57,536 bases of DNA, taken from positions 1 through 57,536 of the forward strand of contig JAZANL010000062.1 in assembly GCA_036251765.1 (NCBI GenBank), in the 5' to 3' direction. Of this stretch, positions 54,221-57,536 are shown one piece after another (position 1 is the first letter of the stretch; the number at the start of each line of letters is the position of its first letter). This DNA is from Thermoplasmatota archaeon. Its GTDB lineage: Archaea; Thermoplasmatota; Poseidoniia; Poseidoniales; Thalassarchaeaceae. The notes under the pieces were generated by a model. That model had not been told where the DNA came from and ran no database searches. It saw only the letters and a list, made by a program, of their open reading frames with translations. A program made the translations under genes and the position numbers.

Positions 54221-54493
54221 CTAGGAATGTTGAATTTCCGGAATTGAAGAGGGGTCGATTGGCTCCACGTCTTCCAATCCCCAGTCGCTCCAGGCCCATC
54301 CTCTCTCGTGCAAGTAGTAGAGAAACATCTTTGTGAAAAGCTCCGTAACCCCTACTGCCGCCCCTGCAGACCAACTTCCCGTTACTATCCTAGTGATGAT
54401 GATCGTATCGAGCGTTCCTATTGTCCTCCAAGTAATTGTCTTCAAGAGGCTTCTCTTTGCTGTTGCGTGTCCGGTGCCGGGTATGTGGGCCAT
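54221..54493 (-). CDS. DUF2061-like small membrane protein (copy 2)
   Basis: KRSLLKTITWRTIGTLDTIIITRIVTGSWSAGAAVGVTELFTKMFLYYLHERGWAWSDWG is a clear paralogue of the adjacent ORF. Confidence 0.65.
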   Translation of the reverse strand: MAHIPGTGHATAKRSLLKTITWRTIGTLDTIIITRIVTGSWSAGAAVGVTELFTKMFLYYLHERGWAWSDWGLEDVEPIDPSSIPEIQHS

Positions 54494-54548
54494 ATATCCC
54501 GCCCGATTTGATAGGGCATAACCCCTCCGATTCTAGGTTCTGGATTTT

Positions 54549-55781
54549 TTAGGCGGATTCCAGTACAACGGCGATTCCCTGACCGCCCCCTATGCATGCA
54601 GTGGCGACTCCGTATCTGTCCCCTCTCCTCCTGAGCTCGTGGGAGAGAGTAAGGACCAATCTCGTGCCCGTTGCCGCCAGCGGGTGCCCCAGTCCGACGG
54701 CTCCACCATTCACATTGACCCGGTCATAGTCTATGCCGAGGTCCTTGATGCATGCGACAGCTTGTCCGGCGAATGCCTCGTTTATCTCCCAGAGATCTAT
54801 GTCCTCAACGGAGAGGCCGGCCTTCTCGATCGCCTTCAGGCTGGAAGGAACTGGTCCGTATGCCATGATACTTGGTTCAAGTCCGACAATCCCCCATGAG
54901 ACGATTCGAGAGAGCGGTTCGTCACCGTCTGCTTCGGCTCGAGAAGCCGACTTCACCACCACGGCAGCCGCGCCATCGACTACACCGGAGGCATTTCCGG
55001 CGGTGACCAACGAGTCCGGGCCGAAGTGAGTCCTCAGTCCGGAAAGAGTCTCCATCGTGGTTCCAAGAACGACGTGGTCCTCGTGGGTGTGGTCTACCAT
55101 CCCCTCCGATGTATCGACAGATACAACCTCTTCAGCCCATGCTCCCGAAGAGACGCTTGCTTCGGTTCTCTGGTGGCTAATTGCCGCGAACTCGTCCGCT
55201 TGCTCCCTTTGTACTCCCTTCCTACGGCAAAGCTCGTCACTGGTTTGGGCCATGAACATGCCACTTACCCCATCCACCAGGTTTGTGAAAAGGTAGTCCT
55301 CCATGTCCTGGGGAAGCTCCTCCCCCGCACTTGGAGGTCGGCCGAGCTTGTATGTCCCCCTCATCCCTCTGAGGACGTGCGGGGCCTGGCTTAGGTTCTC
55401 CATCCCACCTGCGACAACTACCTCGGCCTCGCCCAGCATTATCATCTGGGTCGCACTGACGATCGACTGTGCACCGCTCCCACAGAGCCTGTTCAGAGTT
55501 AGCATTGGCACCTCTTCAGGGATTCCAGCCCTCAGTCCTGAGTGTCTAGCCCCGAAGATGGCTTGGCCCGAGGTCTGCAGGGCGTGTCCCATAACCACGT
55601 GATCGACGGAACTGGGGTCGGTGCCAGTCTTCTCCATGGCACCAGAGATTGCGATGGTCCCGAGTTGCTCTGCGGAAACGGAGGCTAGGCGTCCACCTGG
55701 GCCGCCGTCCCCTCGCTTCCCACCTAGCCACTCGCAGAAGGGTGTCCTCGCCCCTCCTACGACAACCGCGCCCTCCGTCAT
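54549..55781 (-). CDS. Acetyl-CoA C-acetyltransferase (thiolase)
   Basis: Active-site Cys context LNRLCGSGAQSI. C-terminal NVNGGAVGLGHPLAATG and ACIGGGQGIAVVLE. Confidence 0.92.
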   Translation of the reverse strand: MTEGAVVVGGARTPFCEWLGGKRGDGGPGGRLASVSAEQLGTIAISGAMEKTGTDPSSVDHVVMGHALQTSGQAIFGARHSGLRAGIPEEVPMLTLNRLCGSGAQSIVSATQMIMLGEAEVVVAGGMENLSQAPHVLRGMRGTYKLGRPPSAGEELPQDMEDYLFTNLVDGVSGMFMAQTSDELCRRKGVQREQADEFAAISHQRTEASVSSGAWAEEVVSVDTSEGMVDHTHEDHVVLGTTMETLSGLRTHFGPDSLVTAGNASGVVDGAAAVVVKSASRAEADGDEPLSRIVSWGIVGLEPSIMAYGPVPSSLKAIEKAGLSVEDIDLWEINEAFAGQAVACIKDLGIDYDRVNVNGGAVGLGHPLAATGTRLVLTLSHELRRRGDRYGVATACIGGGQGIAVVLESA

Positions 55782-55798
55782 TTGGATACATCCGTTGT

Positions 55799-57217
55799 TC
55801 AGGACTCGTCGGATTCATCGGTCATCGAGCCAAGGTAGTCTGGCAGTTCGACTCCGGACATCTTGGCGACGTCGTGAATCGGCGGAAGGCTCTGGACAAG
55901 GCTGCTGACAAAGTTGCTGGTGGCGGAGTTTCCGTCTGCGTCGTTACCGCTGTCCCATACTGTGATCTTGTCTATCTTCAGGTTGCGGATTGCCTCGGTC
56001 TGAGCGGCCACCATGGTCTCGATCTTCTCGACCATGAGCAGGGTTGCTGCGGCCTTGGGATCACCTGAAGCGCTTGTCACTAGGTTGCTGTAACCCTGAG
56101 CCTTTGCTTCGAGAACCTTCTGGACACCCTCGGCCTCTGCCTCGTACTTCGCGAGGATTGCGTCTGCCTCACCACGGGCGATTCTCCTCTGCCTCTCTGC
56201 TTCTGCCTCTGCTGCTATCTCGACCTGTTGCTTGGCAACGGTCTCTCTTGCAATCTCGGAGGCTCGGAGCTTCTGCTCTTCCTCGTCGTAGGTTGCCTTG
56301 GCGATCTCTGCCTCGGCCTGTGCTGTTGCCACGTCGGCCCTCTGCTTGGCGGATGCCTCGGCTTCTGCGAGATCTGCATTGGCCCTGGCTATCTCTGCCT
56401 GGGCCGCGTTCTCACCGCCTACGGCCATTGCCTCTTGCTGCTCGACGAATACACGCTGGTCGGCCTCTGCTGCCTTCCTACCCTTCTCTGCCTCTGCCGT
56501 ATTCTGGGCGACCTGGATCTCCTTCACTCTATCCGCTTCGGCCTTACCGATGGCTCCGTCCCTCTCTGCGTTTGCCACGTCTATCCTAGCCTGCTCGACG
56601 GCAGTGGATGCGGCCTTCTTTCCGATGCTCTCGATGTAGTCTGACTCGTCTGTGATGTCAGCGATGTTAACGTTGATCAGGTATAGTCCGACCTTCCTCA
56701 TCTCTTGACCGACGTTCTTCTGAATCAGTTCTAGGAAAGAGTCCCTATCCTGGTTGATCTGCTCGATCGTCAGGGTCGCAACTGTTAGACGCAGTTGACC
56801 GAAGATTATCTCCTTGGCCATCTCCTCGATGTCATCTACCTTGAATCCCAAGAGACGCTCGGCTGCGTTGGCCATCACGGTAGGCTCAGTCGAGACGCCT
56901 ATGGTGAAGGTGCTTGGAACATTAATCCTGATGTTCTGTAGGGATAGAGCCCCTCTGAGGTCGATGTTTATTGTCATCGGCTTCAGGGATATGTAGGCAT
57001 AGTCCTGAATCAGCGGCCAGACCAGTGAGGCGCCTCCGTGAAGTGTCTTGGACGGTTTCGGGCGCCCCTCTGCGGTCCTCTCTGTCCTACCGTAGATCAC
57101 CATGATCTGGTCTGGTGGGCATCTCTTGTATCGCTGTGCGAAAAACATCACAGCGGCCACAAGAATCAGTACGACTGCAAAAATCATTATTCCTAGTATA
57201 TCTGCTCCATCTGCCAT
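55799..57217 (-). CDS. Flotillin-like SPFH/band-7 protein with long Ala/Glu-rich coiled coil
   Basis: N-terminal TM IMIFAVVLILVAAVMFF, SPFH core (LSLQNIRINVPSTFTIG...), then about 150 aa of EA-rich heptads (AEAEKGRKAAEADQ...AEAEAERQRRIARGEADAILAKYEAEAEG). Confidence 0.88.
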   Translation of the reverse strand: MADGADILGIMIFAVVLILVAAVMFFAQRYKRCPPDQIMVIYGRTERTAEGRPKPSKTLHGGASLVWPLIQDYAYISLKPMTINIDLRGALSLQNIRINVPSTFTIGVSTEPTVMANAAERLLGFKVDDIEEMAKEIIFGQLRLTVATLTIEQINQDRDSFLELIQKNVGQEMRKVGLYLINVNIADITDESDYIESIGKKAASTAVEQARIDVANAERDGAIGKAEADRVKEIQVAQNTAEAEKGRKAAEADQRVFVEQQEAMAVGGENAAQAEIARANADLAEAEASAKQRADVATAQAEAEIAKATYDEEEQKLRASEIARETVAKQQVEIAAEAEAERQRRIARGEADAILAKYEAEAEGVQKVLEAKAQGYSNLVTSASGDPKAAATLLMVEKIETMVAAQTEAIRNLKIDKITVWDSGNDADGNSATSNFVSSLVQSLPPIHDVAKMSGVELPDYLGSMTDESDES

Positions 57218-57305
57218 TGGCTCAACTCATTCCACATGAGGGTGCAGTCACCTATGAATGCTTACCCGACGCGATCTTTGGAGTCCGAGTACTACTTTTT
57301 CTGAC

Positions 57306-57536
57306 TCAAACCCTCTTGACGACCAGAACCTCTCCGATGGTGTCTACCACTTCGATGAAGTCTCCTGTTGCGATCTCTGCTCCGTCCTCTGACTTCGCAT
57401 TGTAGGTTCTCTGCGCCTCGTTGACCTCCACCGTTACCTGGCCTACACCATCGGCGGCAATCCTGAGGTAAACTTGCCCCTTGGACCCTATCGCCTCAGG
57501 GAGGTCTACGGTCCCGTCCTGCTGGAGGTTGACGAA
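57306..57536 (-). CDS. NfeD-like OB-fold C-terminal domain (partial; gene continues past the right edge)
   Basis: Manual reverse translation in frame to the window edge gives FVNLQQDGTVDLPEAIGSKGQVYLRIAADGVGQVTVEVNEAQRTYNAKSEDGAEIATGDFIEVVDTIGEVLVVKRV*. This is the pattern of the soluble NfeD C-terminal domain, and it sits in the classic position upstream of flotillin. Confidence 0.6.
   Translation of the reverse strand, partial: FVNLQQDGTVDLPEAIGSKGQVYLRIAADGVGQVTVEVNEAQRTYNAKSEDGAEIATGDFIEVVDTIGEVLVVKRV

Noticed and set aside
56044-56644. Several 113-181-aa plus-strand ORFs rich in Leu/Pro/Arg/Ser/Ala
   Set aside because: They are antisense to the Ala/Glu-rich coiled coil of flotillin. 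GC-rich repetitive codons keep the opposite frames open.

Overview
A 57.5 kb, densely coded stretch (about 50 genes, mostly short intergenic gaps) of an archaeal chromosome. The archaeal assignment rests on aRF1 with NIKS/GGQ motifs, aIF2-beta, aTrm56, class I LysRS, a Nog1-type GTPase and an XPD helicase. A marine planktonic euryarchaeote (MGII/Poseidoniales-like) is a plausible but unproven source. Most of the window is housekeeping: gdhA (partial), argS, lysS, carAB, pyrH, dut, folP, and a complete lipA / 2-oxoacid dehydrogenase E1ab-E2-E3 / lipB block.

The standout is a 12 kb two-gene minus-strand unit (5184-17171) next to tRNA-Leu(UAA). It pairs a 983-aa type-I membrane protein with a 2,986-aa giant. 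The giant combines about 19 thrombospondin-type-3-like Ca-binding repeats, a transglutaminase-like core whose catalytic triad looks non-canonical, at least 9 periodic ~107-aa Ig-like modules, one TM helix and a DUF4129-like cytosolic tail.

Secondary points of interest:
- a molybdopterin oxidoreductase with no Tat signal, preceded by a fused 4Fe-4S/NrfD-like subunit (SoeABC-like topology);
- a folB-like / PTR1-like SDR pair;
- an NfeD-flotillin-thiolase string;
- a tandem DUF2061 pair;
- a possible minus-strand sRNA terminator hairpin;
- a centrally placed TATA-like element shared by two divergent genes that may be leaderless.

No CRISPR array, rRNA, transposase or integrase was seen. All family assignments are motif recognition by eye, with no database searches.
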